Source: Octopus vulgaris
Taxonomy: Eukaryota
DNA length: 64,000 nt
Reading direction: 5' to 3'
Assembly: GCA_951406725.2 (NCBI GenBank)
Contig: OX597828.1
Span: 19,840,001 to 19,904,000 of the forward strand
Part shown: positions 29,714 to 43,932 of the stretch, in pieces
How the letters are laid out: the number at the start of each line of letters is the position of its first letter
Numbering within the stretch: position 1 is the stretch's first letter
Position numbers and translations under genes: made by a program
Notes under the pieces: generated by a model
Seen by the model: only the letters and a program-made list of their open reading frames with translations
What the model was told of the DNA's origin: nothing
The model's database searches: none

Positions 29714-30819
29714 TTAATTGCACAGCAAGCCATTAAATGTTGAATATGAAGAAAAAGATAACGAATAATGTAACATAAAAAGCACCGTCTTTAATGTTTC
29801 GAATAACGTTATTACTATTAACAACAGCAATAATACTGATGGATAGCTATGCCTTTCATAAAACAAAGATATTTTCGCTAAATTGCATGCAGCGGTAGTC
29901 TCGCTTGCTTCGTAAGCACTACAGAACTTTTGAATGGGAAATTTTACTCCAGATAAAAAGTTTGCGCTGAGGACTCTCAACTCGAAACAATGGTGCATCT
30001 CTGCTTGACGACTACATATAGAAGGAGTAAAGACAATATTATGTTCTCCTGAAAAATTGGAAGGGGAATAAAGTACATCTAAGTCAGGCTCTGTGAGATT
30101 TTTGGGGAGAGCATGTTCTCTGTTAAACATGACAAGGCTTGCGGGATTGTTTAAATGGTTTAAGATACCCAGGACCTTGCCCCCAAACAAGCCTAGATCT
30201 CCAAGCATACTCTTGCCCACACACATGTATCTTTGTATTTGATGTAGAGAAAATTTATGGTAAAGTTCAGAGGCATTGGCAACGACACTGACTCCTGGCT
30301 CGTAGCCAACGTTGTATTATGGCATCATGGATGGTCAGTTCAGAGAACAAGGGGTGATATACAATCAGGATTGCCGAGAATGGAGAGCTGTGTAGAAACG
30401 AATGGCAAGTAACTAGCGGTGCAAAATACAGAGACAAATTGTTATGCTAGAGTGATCAAGAATCACATGAGGTATTTTTGCACTGAAGAACTGGATAAGC
30501 TAAAAGGAAAGGAAGTAGAAGAGAGAAGAACGGCAGAAGCAACAGAAGCAGATCACAGTTTCCAGAACACGACTGGTCACAATTCTGCAGATGATGAATT
30601 ATACTAGAAACCAAGTATCAAATCTCCATGTAATAACGGCCCATGTTTTATGAATTAGAAAAGATATTGAAAGCCGAGAGGGTGAGAAGAGAGTAAAAGA
30701 AGCAAAACGGTTTCTACAATGAGCAAATCCTCCCCCCAAATACCAATTGGTAAACACAAGGAGGAGTACCTTCTATAGGAGGATGTTATAGGGTGCTGCG
30801 ATGAAAGGTTAAAGAGGAC

Positions 30820-31131
30820 CTTCGTTCATGAATGTCTATGACAGTGCATCTAGAAAGTTACCCTTCAAGGCACAAGTCTGAGCAAGATTGTTTAAGGAAG
30901 ACAAGCAGTCACTCATGCATAGCAGCGTCCCATCTCCACGCTACTGCAAAGACCGAATCAGCTTGGCACCGGTGAGGTGATGTCGCAACTCATTTCTAAA
31001 AATGAGTGAACTGAAGCAACATGAAATAAAGTGTTTTACTCAAGAACACAACACACAGCCCGGTTCAAGAATCGAGCTCACTACCTCATGATTGTGAGCT
31101 CGATGCTCTAACCAGTGAGTCATGTGCCTTC
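30820..31131 (-). mobile_element. SINE family C copy
   Basis: Reverse complement matches 43000-43333. Confidence 0.75.
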
Positions 31132-31137
31132 AAAGAT

Positions 31138-31230
31138 GTTTACAACACGTAAGTTTCCCAAGCGGTCACCCATCTAAGTACTAACCTGGCTTGACGTTGC
31201 TTAACTTTTCAACGTGATATGGCCGTAAAC
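31138..31230 (-). pseudogene. 5S rRNA pseudogene with an internal deletion of about 25 nt
   Basis: Minus strand: GTTTACGGCCATATCACGTTGAAA[del]AGTTAAGCAACGTCAAGCCAGGTTAGTACTTAGATGGGTGACCGCTTGGGAAACTTACGTGTTGTAAAC. Matches both ends and the internal control region of invertebrate 5S; 93 nt instead of ~119. Confidence 0.88.
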
Positions 31231-31774
31231 AGGTTGTTGTGGTAGCGCATACAACAGTGCTAAGGCCCACTTACTTCCTTGCTGGTTACAAGTTTAACAG
31301 TGAAATACTTTTGAAAGACGATTCAGCAGAAGTATGAATATGCGTATGGCAACAAATTGAACTCATAGCATGCTAAGAGCATTTAAAGGAGCCCATAACT
31401 GAGGCTGCTGGAATTCTATTGCGCTGCATAACCCGAAAACTGTGAATATGTGCTTTTGGGTGAGGTGGAGACCCGTTGGACAAGTGTCAGAAAATGTGTG
31501 GAAACCTAGTTCAATCAACGTAGAAATTTCTTACTCACGCGTGGCTATGTTGATTTTATTAAATCATATTTTCGATCAAGTATTACAAATTTCAATTCTC
31601 TTTAAATATTCTGCGTAATTATTGGAAATCTTGAGGAATTTTCGTGCACATGCATATATCGTACACTGTCATCACTTCTGGTTTTTATTGCTTGTATATA
31701 ATGTTATCTAACCAAACTTTATGCAATTTTGTGTGAAAGGGTCTTTCGTTGCAATATATAAGCGTTACTCGAAC

Positions 31775-32043
31775 AACTACTACTACTACTACTACTGCTG
31801 CTGCTGTTACTACTACTACTACTACTACTACTACTACATCTACCGCTGATGCTGCTGCTACTACTACAACTACTGCTACTACTACTACTACTACTACTAC
31901 TACTGCTGCTGCTGCTACTACTACTACTACTACTACTACTACTAATACTACTACTACTACTGCAACTACTACTACTACAACTACCGCTGCTGCTGATGCT
32001 ACTACTACTACTACTACTATTATTGCTGCTGCTTCTGCTGCTG

Positions 32044-32128
<85 letters not shown>

Positions 32129-32138
32129 AACTACTATT
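31775..32138. repeat. (ACT)n/(GCT)n microsatellite
   Basis: Directly visible. Confidence 0.9.
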
Positions 32139-32384
32139 TCTATCATTATTGTTATTGTAGCATTTTAGTATGGGCGGCCGTGATCGGTTCTTTCTATGAA
32201 TGCCGCGTTTTCAAAGAATTTGATAATACTTGTTTTTTTTCGGTTTGAGGGGAAAACTGTCATTGAACAATTTTCATTCGAGATGCTTTTTTCATTCTTC
32301 ATTGCTTTCAAATGAGTATTTATTGAATGTAATATATCTTATGATCCTGGCATAAAGTTCTACACGAAAACATCATCCACCCCA

Positions 32385-32441
<57 letters not shown>

Positions 32442-32537
32442 TTAATAATAATAATATTAGGGAGTAAATCCAAACTTACAAAGAAAAATTAGATTTAAGA
32501 TTAAATCTAATTTTATAGTAAAAATATATATATATAT

Positions 32538-32740
32538 ATTATATTAAATTATAGACAAAACCACTATTAGGCAAATCAAACAGTGAAAATCAGAAACCAA
32601 TGCATAGAAATAAAATTGATTAATAAAATATATATATATATATATGTATTATATTAAATTAGAGACAAAACCACTATTAAGCAAATCAAACAGTGAAAAT
32701 CATAAACCAATACATAGAAATAAAATTAATTAATAAAAAT
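32538..32740. repeat. Tandem duplication, ~110-bp period
   Basis: agacaaaaccactatta..caaatcaaacagtgaaaatca..aaccaat occurs at 32553 and 32663. Confidence 0.85.
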
Positions 32741-32829
32741 ATATAAAATATAAAATTCAAAATTTAAAATATTTAAATTAAAGTTAAAATTTTAAAAATT
32801 ATGTATGTGTGTGTATATATTTATATTCA

Positions 32830-33013
32830 CCATGATAGATCGCTAGCCACTACTCATACTTTATTTTCTCTCCTTGTTTCTTTCTGTGTTACTTTCTGTG
32901 GAAGAGCGTAGGCTCGAAACGTTAAAGACTTTTTTTACTTCCCGAGCGTTATACTAATACATCTGTTTGTTGTCTACACCAACTGTCTTCGTCTTTTTTT
33001 TGTGAATTCTCAC
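32830..33013 (+). mobile_element. Short PLE terminus with hammerhead motif (32892-32929)
   Basis: cttt-CTGTGGA-a-gagc-gtag-gctc-GAAA-cgtt-aaag; ends at (TA)n. Confidence 0.8.
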
Positions 33014-33033
33014 TATATATATATACATATATA

Positions 33034-33118
<85 letters not shown>

Positions 33119-33119
<1 letters not shown>

Positions 33120-33304
33120 GGGAGAATTCACAAGAAAAGACGAAGACAGTTGGTGTAGACAACAAACAGGTGTATTAGTGTTAACGCTCGGGAAGTGAAA
33201 AAGTCTTTAACGTTTCGAGCCTACGCTCTTCCACAGAAAGTAACACAGAAAGAAACAAGGAGAGAAAATAAAGTATGTGCAGTGGCTAGCGATCTATCAT
33301 GGCG
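33119..33304 (-). mobile_element. Short PLE terminus in opposite orientation, hammerhead motif at 33203-33240
   Basis: Near reverse complement of 32830-33013 across a (TA)n spacer. Confidence 0.8.
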
Positions 33305-33311
33305 AATATAA

Positions 33312-33371
<60 letters not shown>

Positions 33372-33462
33372 TGCAGTACTTATTTTGTCTGCCGCTACGT
33401 TCTGACTTCAAATTCCGCCGAAGTCGACTTTGCCTTTCATTCTTTCGGGGTCGATAAATTAA

Positions 33463-33527
<65 letters not shown>

Positions 33528-34523
33528 TATATATAAATATATATACATATATATACACACACATATCCGTATATGTACTTATATAAATAAACATATTAAT
33601 ATCTTATTTGAAACAAATTACTTTAAGTAACCATTCCCTCACCACTTTTCAGATTTATTTGCAAAAAGCTAACGTGATTATTTGAGTAAAAACGTTATTT
33701 TTTGTTTTATTTTGCTAAACCTATTATGAAACGAAAGGAACAATACACGTCTCCCCACCACACATAACTTCTCTGAAGGAGCGACTTCATATTGTTGAAA
33801 TTTTAGAATTCGTGAGCAATAGGTCATCGGACTAGCATAAATAAATTCCTTTTCTCTACATTTGTACGCAGCACTTCTCTGCATTTGTGGACCGTTACTC
33901 AACAACGAAGATATAGAATATGGAATTCGTTATAGAATTCGCCTGAAACAAAGGAAACATCATTTACAAAAGAAAGTAATTTGTCCTGTAAGGGTTATTT
34001 ATTAAATAAATAAATACAATGTTTTTAGACCGTGTTTATTCTAATTGTGAAATTTTGTATTATTTGTATAAGTGAAAGGAAAATATATCAATCATACAAA
34101 GAGAGTAGATTGATGGTTGTAATGAAAGCAAGAAATGGTGAATAAGTGACAGCATGGTAAAAGTATTTGTGATAAAGAATTGTTAAGAGAGTAAATGAGT
34201 GAGAAAGAGTGAGAGGACTAATTAAATTCTAGAGGGAGATTAAAATTGCAGAATAGTGAGAAAGAAGGACAGTGAAAACAATAAACAAATAACATAGGAC
34301 AGAGGAAAAAATTTAAGGGCATCGGGGCTTCACATATCAATCATCGTTTTCAAATCGAAAATGATTTAACGTAAAATATCTGTAGGATTTTAACGAAATT
34401 TAGTTCAGAATATGTCAGAGATGAGAAAGCGGAATTCTACATAAATAGAACAAACAACTTAGTCTATCAAACTGTCAAACTGAGAGGAAATATCTGTATT
34501 CATAATAATAATAATAATGATAT

Positions 34524-34600
<77 letters not shown>

Positions 34601-34917
34601 TATATATATATATATATATAAACACCTACAGAGATAGATACGAAAGCACACATATGTTTCAATAAATATTTTTGGCTTTCTGACTTGTTATATATCAATC
34701 TGACAATCTTACAGTCGGCATATATATAAACCACACGCACATTATAATATGCATATGAGTCTCCTGGTCAAACATTCGTCTGTATGCGTGTGTGTGTACG
34801 CGCGCCTGTTTGTCAGTATGTTTGTATGTATGTATATATATATATGTTTATATGTATATGTGTGAGGGTGCATATATATGTATGTATATATATATCATAT
34901 ATGTATATGTATGTGTA

Positions 34918-34961
<44 letters not shown>

Positions 34962-34994
34962 TGTATAGTTATACGTACATATGTATGTGTGTAT

Positions 34995-35058
<64 letters not shown>

Positions 35059-35208
35059 GTGTGTGTGTGTATATATACTTATATAGGTAGGTTATGTGTA
35101 ATTACATGTATATCATTTATGTATATATGTATACATATCGGTATATATGCATATAAGTATATACATATGTATGCATATATATGCATATATAAATATAAAT
35201 ATCTATAT

Positions 35209-35253
<45 letters not shown>

Positions 35254-35260
35254 CATGCAG

Positions 35261-35354
<94 letters not shown>

Positions 35355-35390
35355 ACGCATATATATACATGTATATTTATATATATATAT

Positions 35391-35422
<32 letters not shown>

Positions 35423-36093
35423 GTGCGTGTGTGTGTGTAGCTATGTTTTCCCGTATTTCTCTTTCAATAAATATCTGCTTCAAACCGTATATGTGTGAGT
35501 GACGACTGATGACTAGAATGTCCGATGACTGATGACTAGAACTGCTTTGGACTTACACCGCAGTTCAATGTTTGTTCGCTCGAGTTCATACTTGAATAAC
35601 AACATTCTATTCTTACAGGAGACAAATAATCTGAAGACCAATTCCTACAAGACAAGTGAACCAACATGTGTTATTTCAAGGTGTACTGTATTCATATACA
35701 TATACATACATAAAAATAAATATACCTACGCACGCACACACACATATATATATATATATATACAAACACACACTTATATCTATATGCGCGTGTATGTTGA
35801 TGTGTCTGTGTGTATTTGAATGTAGAAATTTCAACATAAGTCTTCATGTGTATATGTGGGAGATTTTGTTTCTTTCCGTTCCGTTTTTATTTTTTTCCCT
35901 TAGTTTCTGCATAGTTTTTCCTGTATCAGGAGTTTCAACTTTTATCCGATTAACGGTACTGAGACTTGAGTTAAGCTCCCAGCCTACAGGTATCTGTGGC
36001 TGAGACGGATTATAGTTTTAGAAATGTACTACATGTATACATACATATATGTATATATACATACATGCATGCATACATACATATACATATATA

Positions 36094-36129
<36 letters not shown>

Positions 36130-36192
36130 GTAATGCATATACGTGCATGTATTTATATACGTAGATATGTAAGTATAAATATATGTATATAT

Positions 36193-36229
<37 letters not shown>

Positions 36230-36339
36230 GTGCATATCTTAATTTATTGTAATGTATGTGTATAGCTGTATATGTATAATGCATGTGCATATCTTTATCT
36301 ATATCTATCTATCTAAAATATGTTTGTGCGTGTATATTC

Positions 36340-36719
36340 TTTTCTACTCTAGTCACAAGGCCTGAAATTTTGTGGGTGGGGGCCAGTGGATTAGATCTGG
36401 TACTTAATTTATCGACCTCAAAAGCATGAAAGGGAAAATCGACCTCGGCGGAATTTGAACTCAGAAAGTAAGAGCAGATGAAATACCTATTTCTTTACTA
36501 CCCACAAGGGGCTAAACACAGAACGGACAAACAAGGACAAATAAATGGATTAAGTCGATTACATCGACATCTGTGCGTAACAGGTACTTAATTTATCGAC
36601 TCCGAAAGGATGAAAGGCAAAGTCGACCTCGGTGGAAGTTGAACCCAGAACGTAACGGCAGACGAAAAACCGCTTAGCATTTCGCCCGGCGTACTAACGG
36701 TTCTGCTAGTTCGCCGCCT
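36340..36719 (-). mobile_element. SINE family A, compound (two partial/complete units)
   Basis: Two tandem occurrences of ttatcgac...gaaaggc/ggaaa..tcgacctcgg.ggaa..tgaac.cagaa. Confidence 0.75.
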
Positions 36720-37116
36720 GTGTTTGTGTATATTGTTTTAGGGTTGTTTTTGTTATGAAAATATATTATTAACTGCAGACCATTTAAATTTAAATTTACG
36801 GTAACTAAATGCATGAACTTAGGTTCATGGAACGTGGAAAATTACATTTGTCGGGGACTTCTAATTTCGTCTAATGATAGTAATTACATAACACCAGTTC
36901 TTTTCTCCTTCATTATAAAATCATATTGTTCGCTGTACTGAACGTATTGGTCATATTAGGATTCGGAGTGGAGGTCAGTAATGACTTCGCACCTCTTGGC
37001 CGCCGGAGTTGAATTTTACTTTGCATTATTGCTATAATATTAGGACTATAATGAATCGTAACAATTAGTAATTGGAAATTGTATGTTAAACTAGGAATCA
37101 ATAAAGAATACGTACA

Positions 37117-37156
<40 letters not shown>

Positions 37157-37166
37157 GTAACTTTGT

Positions 37167-37203
<37 letters not shown>

Positions 37204-37517
37204 GTACAATGCACTCGCATACATTATCAAAAGCTCACATTGCATACACTACTAACATGACCATAAGTTCGCGAATTCGCTTCCAGGACCGGGTACGCAT
37301 TGTGTTGGTGAACACAATGTTTCATTTTACATTGCACCGTTTTACAAATAATAACGGTCAAGATTTCATGTAGTCTTTTTTCTCTGTAGCTGGCACATCA
37401 AGGAGGTAGCGCTGAGTCAAAATTAGGACCGCTTAGAGAGGGTACAGTATACCATATTGTACTAGATCACCGGTAAAGGCTGTGTTTTCTTAGAACAATA
37501 CAACTAATATGCTGCTG

Positions 37518-37818
37518 AAACCCCGCTTCGGTCATGACTGACCATGGTATTGCACCTAGAAAGTTACCCTCCCAGACACAAGTCCGGGTAAGGTTGTTTA
37601 TGGAAGACCAGCATCGCCCATGCATACCGGCCTCCCCTCTGCACACCACCAGTGTTATCCAAGGTAAAAGTGAAGGGGCCGATACAGCTTGGCACCTGTG
37701 ATGTTGCAACTCATTTCTACAGCTGAGTGAACTGAAGCAACGTGAAATAAAGTGTTTTGCTCAAGAACACAACACACATCCCGGTCCGGGATTCTAACCA
37801 CTGAGCCATGCGCCTTCA
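37518..37818 (-). mobile_element. SINE family C copy
   Basis: Reverse complement of the 43000-43333 consensus. Confidence 0.8.
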
Positions 37819-38174
37819 CGCTAGAACAATACAGTATTAACAAATTATATTAAATTCGTACAAAGATTATAGTTTCCAAATACAATCTTTATACGAATTT
37901 ATTCTTTATACTTTACTTCGTAGTAAATTTAACTAAATTTGCATTGTATTTTTTATTTGAACAATATGAGAAATATTAATATGCCATTTTTTAATTCAAA
38001 AGAAAATATGAATATTTGGTTTCCCCATGTTTAATAATTCTCACAATAAAGTCTATAATCGAAGCTAAATATATTTCATATGGCTATCTTGTCAAACCAT
38101 CTTCCACTGCCTCTATGTTTAAAACTAGGGACACTTAACCTTCCTATTCTTATTGACATTAAATATAATTGTGC

Positions 38175-38226
<52 letters not shown>

Positions 38227-38359
38227 TATATAAAGCAGGGGTACACGAAGTAAGATCATTGCTAAAGATATCAGCCGATAAGCTTTCGGCGTTATGCAAA
38301 GCTTCACTGAATATTTACAAGCAGCGATGTCTGCGGGGGGTGAATATAGAAAGATTTTG

Positions 38360-38456
38360 TCTTACGTCCACGGAGACCGTTAGAGGAATAAAGGATAAAT
38401 CAATACTGTAGTTTCAAACTTTTCAGATCACGTGCGTGAGCGCGAATCTGATTGGT
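38360..38456 (-). promoter_or_regulatory. Possible promoter/first-exon module (CCAAT box, E-box, GT donor)
   Basis: Unique, CpG-containing sequence: ATTGG 38451-38455, CACGTG 38429-38434, minus-strand GAC|GTAAGA at 38365. Motif evidence only. Confidence 0.3.
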
Positions 38457-38967
38457 TATCGTCAGTTGAGTCCACCACGAACGACCAACACTTAAAAAAC
38501 CCATTACATCTGTGCTTGATTACTCGGCTGATAGTGCCAATCCTAATCAGAACCGAGATCAGTGAAAATATTCAGTGTCTCTCTCTCCCTCTCTCTCTTT
38601 CTCTCTCTCTATATATATGTACATACGCTCACAAATATATATACATATAATATATATTATAAATTTATTATATATGTATGTATATATATATACATAAATA
38701 TATATATATATGTGGTGTGTGTGTGTGTGTGTATTTTAACTGCTTCCATATGCATTTTCCAGAGTCGTAATTCTATTATAAATGACTTAATAGCAAAGAT
38801 AAATCCAGAAATACATCGTCACGAAATTGGTTGACCTGCAATCATTTTACGTGCAAGTAATTTTTTCAAAAATTCCAGGTGACTACCTATATGAACACCG
38901 GGCTTAGAGGAGGTGTGTCTACTTTTCTTTTAAATGAGCAATAATTTCAAAATTTTCAAAATATATT

Positions 38968-39041
<74 letters not shown>

Positions 39042-39054
39042 AATTATATACCCA

Positions 39055-40190
39055 GGTCTATTCCCCATTTTTTAGGAGGGGGTTGCCACAACAAGACACA
39101 CCCCAGTCATTCCATTCATTTCCCAGCTCAAAGAGGCTCGGGTCAAGGCATAGAACGCAACCCCTAATATCACCAGCGGGGTCCGACAGCATATGCTGGT
39201 TTACACACGCCTCATCATGCTGATTCTGTACTCCTTTGAGGAACATCAAATTCACTCATCCGTCCACAGACACTCTCCAAGCTTTCCTATCATTTACAAA
39301 CTCTCTTGCCTCTCTGACTCCAACACCTCTAACCGCCAAAGCTTTCCTCACTCCATCCATCCACAGAAACCGAGGTCTACCTCTGGTCCTGCTGCCTACC
39401 ACTTCTGCCTTCATCACCTTCCTTACCATCTGGTCCTCATCTATCCTCTCCATGTGGCCAAAGTACCCAAACATTCGCGTATCTATTTTGGTTGTTAGTT
39501 TTTCTCTCATTCCTGCTCACCTTCGCACATCCTCATTCCTCATCATGTCCATCCTTGTCACACCAACCATAACCCTCAAACATCTCATCTCAAACACATC
39601 TAGTCGCCTCCTTTCTGCCTCTTTCATCCCCCACATCTCTGCACCATAAAACAATGTCGGTACAATCACACCGTCATACACACCTCTTTTCGCCTTCATA
39701 CACAACCTTTTATCTCTCAGCATACCTTTCACAACTCCAAGTATCTTACCCCCTACATCACTCTCTATCCCACTTCCGCAGCCAACCTCACCATCCACCA
39801 TCACATGTGATCTCAGATACTTAAAACACTGACCTCCTCTAACATCTCAAATTTATACTCACATCCATCCTACCAGAAACATCTCATCACCTTACTCCTA
39901 GCAACATTTACTTTCAGCTTCCTCCTCTAACACTCTTCCAAACTCTACCACCAGTCTCCTCAGTTGCTCTTCCGAATCCTCTACCAGTACTGTATTATCA
40001 GCAAACAACTGACTCACCTGCCATTCCTCTCCATTTTCTCACACCATTTGGGCTCCCCAACCAAAGGTTCTAACATTTACCTCTCTCACCACATCATCCA
40101 TATATAAATCAAACAGCCACGGAGGCATCATACAACCCTGTCTTAACCCCGCCTTCACATCAAACCACTCACTTACTTCACCACTCGCCC
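39055..40190 (-). mobile_element. 5'-truncated RTE-clade LINE (RT core to C-terminus + 3' UTR), frameshifted
   Basis: Minus strand: [74 protein letters not shown]. Confidence 0.85.
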
Positions 40191-40227
40191 GTCTGTGTGC
40201 AGCCCTGTGTGGCTAATAAAGAAACAT
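40191..40227 (+). mobile_element. 37-bp 3' tip of the Tx1-like LINE followed by (TCTA/TCTG)n
   Basis: gtctgtgtgcagccctgtgtggctaataaagaaacat, identical to the end of the copy ending at 60903. Confidence 0.85.
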
Positions 40228-40236
40228 ATCTATCTA

Positions 40237-40342
<106 letters not shown>

Positions 40343-40372
40343 GTCTGTCTATCTGTCTGTCTGTCTATCTGC

Positions 40373-40468
<96 letters not shown>

Positions 40469-40489
40469 CTATCTATGTCTTTCAACTTT

Positions 40490-40872
40490 TATTTCCTTCG
40501 GTGATTTGACTGCAGTCATGCTGGGCACCGCCTTGAAAAACTTTTAATGGAATGAATCGATTGCAGTACTTATTTTTAAAGCCTGGTACGTAGTCTATCG
40601 AAATCTTTTGCCAAACCGCTAAGTTATGACGATGTAAATCTCACCAAGACCGTTTGTCAAGTGATAGAGAAGAAAAAAAGACACAAAGACACACTCACGA
40701 GGACATATGTATACATATATACGATAGGCTTCTATCAATTTCCTACCAAATCAACTCACTAGGCTTTGGTTGGTACAATGCTATAGTAGAAGACACTTGG
40801 CGAAGTTGCCACGCAGTGAGACTAAACCTGGAACCATATGGTTGAGAAGTAGGCTCCTTACTACGCAGCCGG
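40490..40872 (-). mobile_element. SINE family B, degenerate
   Basis: Reverse complement of family B (ctatagtagaagacacttg...aaccatatggttg...). Confidence 0.7.
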
Positions 40873-40894
40873 AAGCAATATTAAAATCAAAATG

Positions 40895-41298
40895 CAGGAG
40901 TGGCTGTGTGGTAAGTAGCCTGCTTACCAACCACATGGTTCCGGGTTCAATCCATCTGCGTGACACCTTGGGCAAGTGTCTTCTACTATAACCTCGGGCC
41001 GACGAAAGCCTTGTGAATGGACTTGGTAGACGGAAACTGAAAGAAGCTCGTCGTATATATGTATATGTATGTGTGTGTATATGTTTGTGTATCTGTGTTT
41101 CTCCCCCCCCCAACATCGCTTGACAACCGATGGTGGTGTGTTTACTTACCCGTAACGTAGCGGTACAGCAAAATAGACTAATAGAATAAGTACTCGGCTT
41201 CCAAAGAATAAGTACTGGGGTCGATTTGCTCGACTGAAGGCGGTGCTCCAGCATGGCCGCAGTCAAATGACTGAAACAAGTAAAGAAAAGTAAAAGAA
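40895..41298 (+). mobile_element. SINE family B, full length
   Basis: tRNA-like head, ccttgggcaagt motif, internal TG tract, tail ...gactgaaacaagtaaaga. Confidence 0.82.
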
Positions 41299-42069
41299 AT
41301 ATATACACATACATACATGTATACACGCACACATACACACACACACACACATATATATATATGTGTGTATACATGTATGTATGTATGTATCTATGTATGT
41401 ATGTATGTATGTATGTATGTATATATGTATATGCGTACGTATATTGTCTTCAGATTGTCAATTTTTATGTATAGGAAAAACTTATATATTATATTTATTT
41501 ATCGTATTCATTGCCAAAGAAAAAGACTGATATATTCATAATTTAAACACAGCACTTACAATGTCTAATTTCTTGATATAATTATAAATAGCTCATAAGA
41601 TGTTTATACATCAATTCACTATATAAATAGTATTTGTATAGACACATTCTGCAGTAAATTTCAATAAGGACAAATAGCTGTTAATGGCCGTTATTCATTA
41701 AGTTAAGCGGCATGATTATCGGAAATCTATGAGAGATATATTGAATACACTGCACTTCAGATATATTTTGCCAACAAACAAATATAATATGTCATTTGTC
41801 ATAAGTGGTAGGTGAGATTTTTTTTTAGTTGATGAAAATATAAAGTATCGCCATTTTACTTATATAGCTCAAAGAAATTCTATTTCGTTTCTAGAGACTT
41901 CTTTACTATTCAGCTTTTCAACAGTTTTCTATTTAAAGCTATTCGAATTTGTTTTTTTTTATTTATTTATGTATTTATTTATTTGGCACATGTCAATCAA
42001 ATTCGACGAATCAGATGTTTCCTTTTATGGATTTGATCGTAATATTCTTAAAAAAAAGAGAAAAAATCT

Positions 42070-42642
42070 GCATACTCATCATCATCATCATCATCATCAT
42101 CCACACTCACACACTCACACACACACATATCCTACATCCTCCTCCCCTTCCTCCTCACTACCACTACGACGACGACAACGATGACTACCACCACCAAAAC
42201 CAACGCCACCACCACCATCAACATTATAGTCATCATCATCATCCTCATGTGCATCATTATCATCATCACCACCACTACAACGACAACGACGACGCCAAAA
42301 ACAACGCCAACACCACCACCAAAAACAACGCCACAACCACCACCATCAACATCATCATCATCATCATCATCATCATCATGACCATCATAATCATCATTGT
42401 CGTCGTCATCGTTTTGGTCGTCGTCATCATCATCATCATCATCCTCACCACCACTACGACGACAACGACGACAACGACGACGACCACCACCACCACCACA
42501 ACAACATCATCACAACCATCAACGTCATCATCATAACTATCACAATAACCATCATCATCATCACCCTCCTCGTCGTCGCTGCCATCGTCATCGTCGTCAC
42601 CATCGTCGTCGTCGTCATCATCATCATCATCATCATCAACAT
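42070..42642. repeat. Compound CAT/CAC/GAC trinucleotide low-complexity region
   Basis: Directly visible. Confidence 0.85.
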
Positions 42643-42938
42643 TATGATCAGTATAATCTAGATAGTTATTAGACATATTGATTTTTTTTGTCTGCTGAGC
42701 TTCTCACATTTCTTTTTAAGTCGCACTTTTTCTATTAATTTTTCTATTTCATTTGTTTTTCGCTGTTTTTTTCTTTGCTGTTTTAGATTTTTTACTTGTA
42801 CACTTCACATATATATATATTACCAACATATTAATTTATTTCTCACTTCCGAGGAGATGTAAGTTCTACATTGAAATAGCTGCATATACCGCAAGGTCAA
42901 AACACTTTCAACAAAACTATATGCATACATATAGTGCC

Positions 42939-42999
<61 letters not shown>

Positions 43000-43002
<3 letters not shown>

Positions 43003-43333
43003 TGGCTCAATGGTTAGAGCGTCGAGCTTACGATCGTGAGGTTGTGAGCTCGAATCCCGGTCCGGGCTGCGTGTTGTGTTCTTGAGCAAAGCACTTTATT
43101 TCACGTTGCTCCAGTTCACTCAGCTGTAGAAATGAGTTGCGACGTCACTGGTGCCAAGCTGTATCGACCTTTGTCTTTCCCTTGGATAACACTGGTGGCG
43201 TGGAGAGGGGAGGCTGGTATGCATGGGCGACTGCTGGTCTTCCATAAACAACCTTGCCTGGACTTGTGTCTAGGAGGGTAACTTTCTAGGTGCAATCCCA
43301 TGGTCATTCATGACCGAAGGGGGTCTTTACCCT
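43000..43333 (+). mobile_element. SINE family C, full length, inside (TA)n
   Basis: tggctcaatggttagagc (A box), gctcgaatccc (B box), gtgttcttgagcaaagcactt (V-domain-like by recall). Confidence 0.82.
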
Positions 43334-43334
43334 T

Positions 43335-43370
<36 letters not shown>

Positions 43371-43497
43371 TACATACATACATACACACATACCCACATA
43401 TATACATACATATACATACACACATATATATATATATATGATATATATATCTATATATCTATACCTATATGTATGTATCTCTCTCTCTCTCTCTCTC

Positions 43498-43544
<47 letters not shown>

Positions 43545-43546
<2 letters not shown>

Positions 43547-43932
43547 GGCGCTCCGTCGGTTACGACAGCGAGTGTTCCAGTTGATCCGATCAATGGAACA
43601 GCTTGTTCGTGAAATTAATCTGCAAGTGGCTGAGCACTCCACAGACACGTGTACACTTAACGTAGTTCTCGGGGAGATTCAGATTCAGCGCGACACAGAG
43701 TGTGACAAGGCTGGCCCTTTGAAATACAGGTATAACAGAAACGAGAAGAAAGAGTGAGAGGAAGTTGTGGTTAAAGAATTCAGCAGGGTTCGCCAACACC
43801 CCCTGCCAGATCCATGTGGAGATTTGGGTGTTTTCGTTCAAAAAGCACTCACAACGCCCGGTCTGGGTATCGAAACTGTGATCCTATAAACACGAGTCCG
43901 CAGCCCTAACCACTGCGCTATTGCGCCTCCAC
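43545..43932 (-). mobile_element. tRNA-derived SINE related to family D
   Basis: Minus strand head gtggaggcgcaatagcgcagtggttaggg...gtttcgataccc, tail ...gtaaccgacggagcgccac. Confidence 0.7.

Noticed and set aside
29714-30226. 170-aa ORF in unique-looking sequence
   Set aside because: No recognisable domain or splice structure.
43000-43070. tRNA gene
   Set aside because: It is the tRNA-like head of a SINE and continues into the SINE body; no complete cloverleaf.
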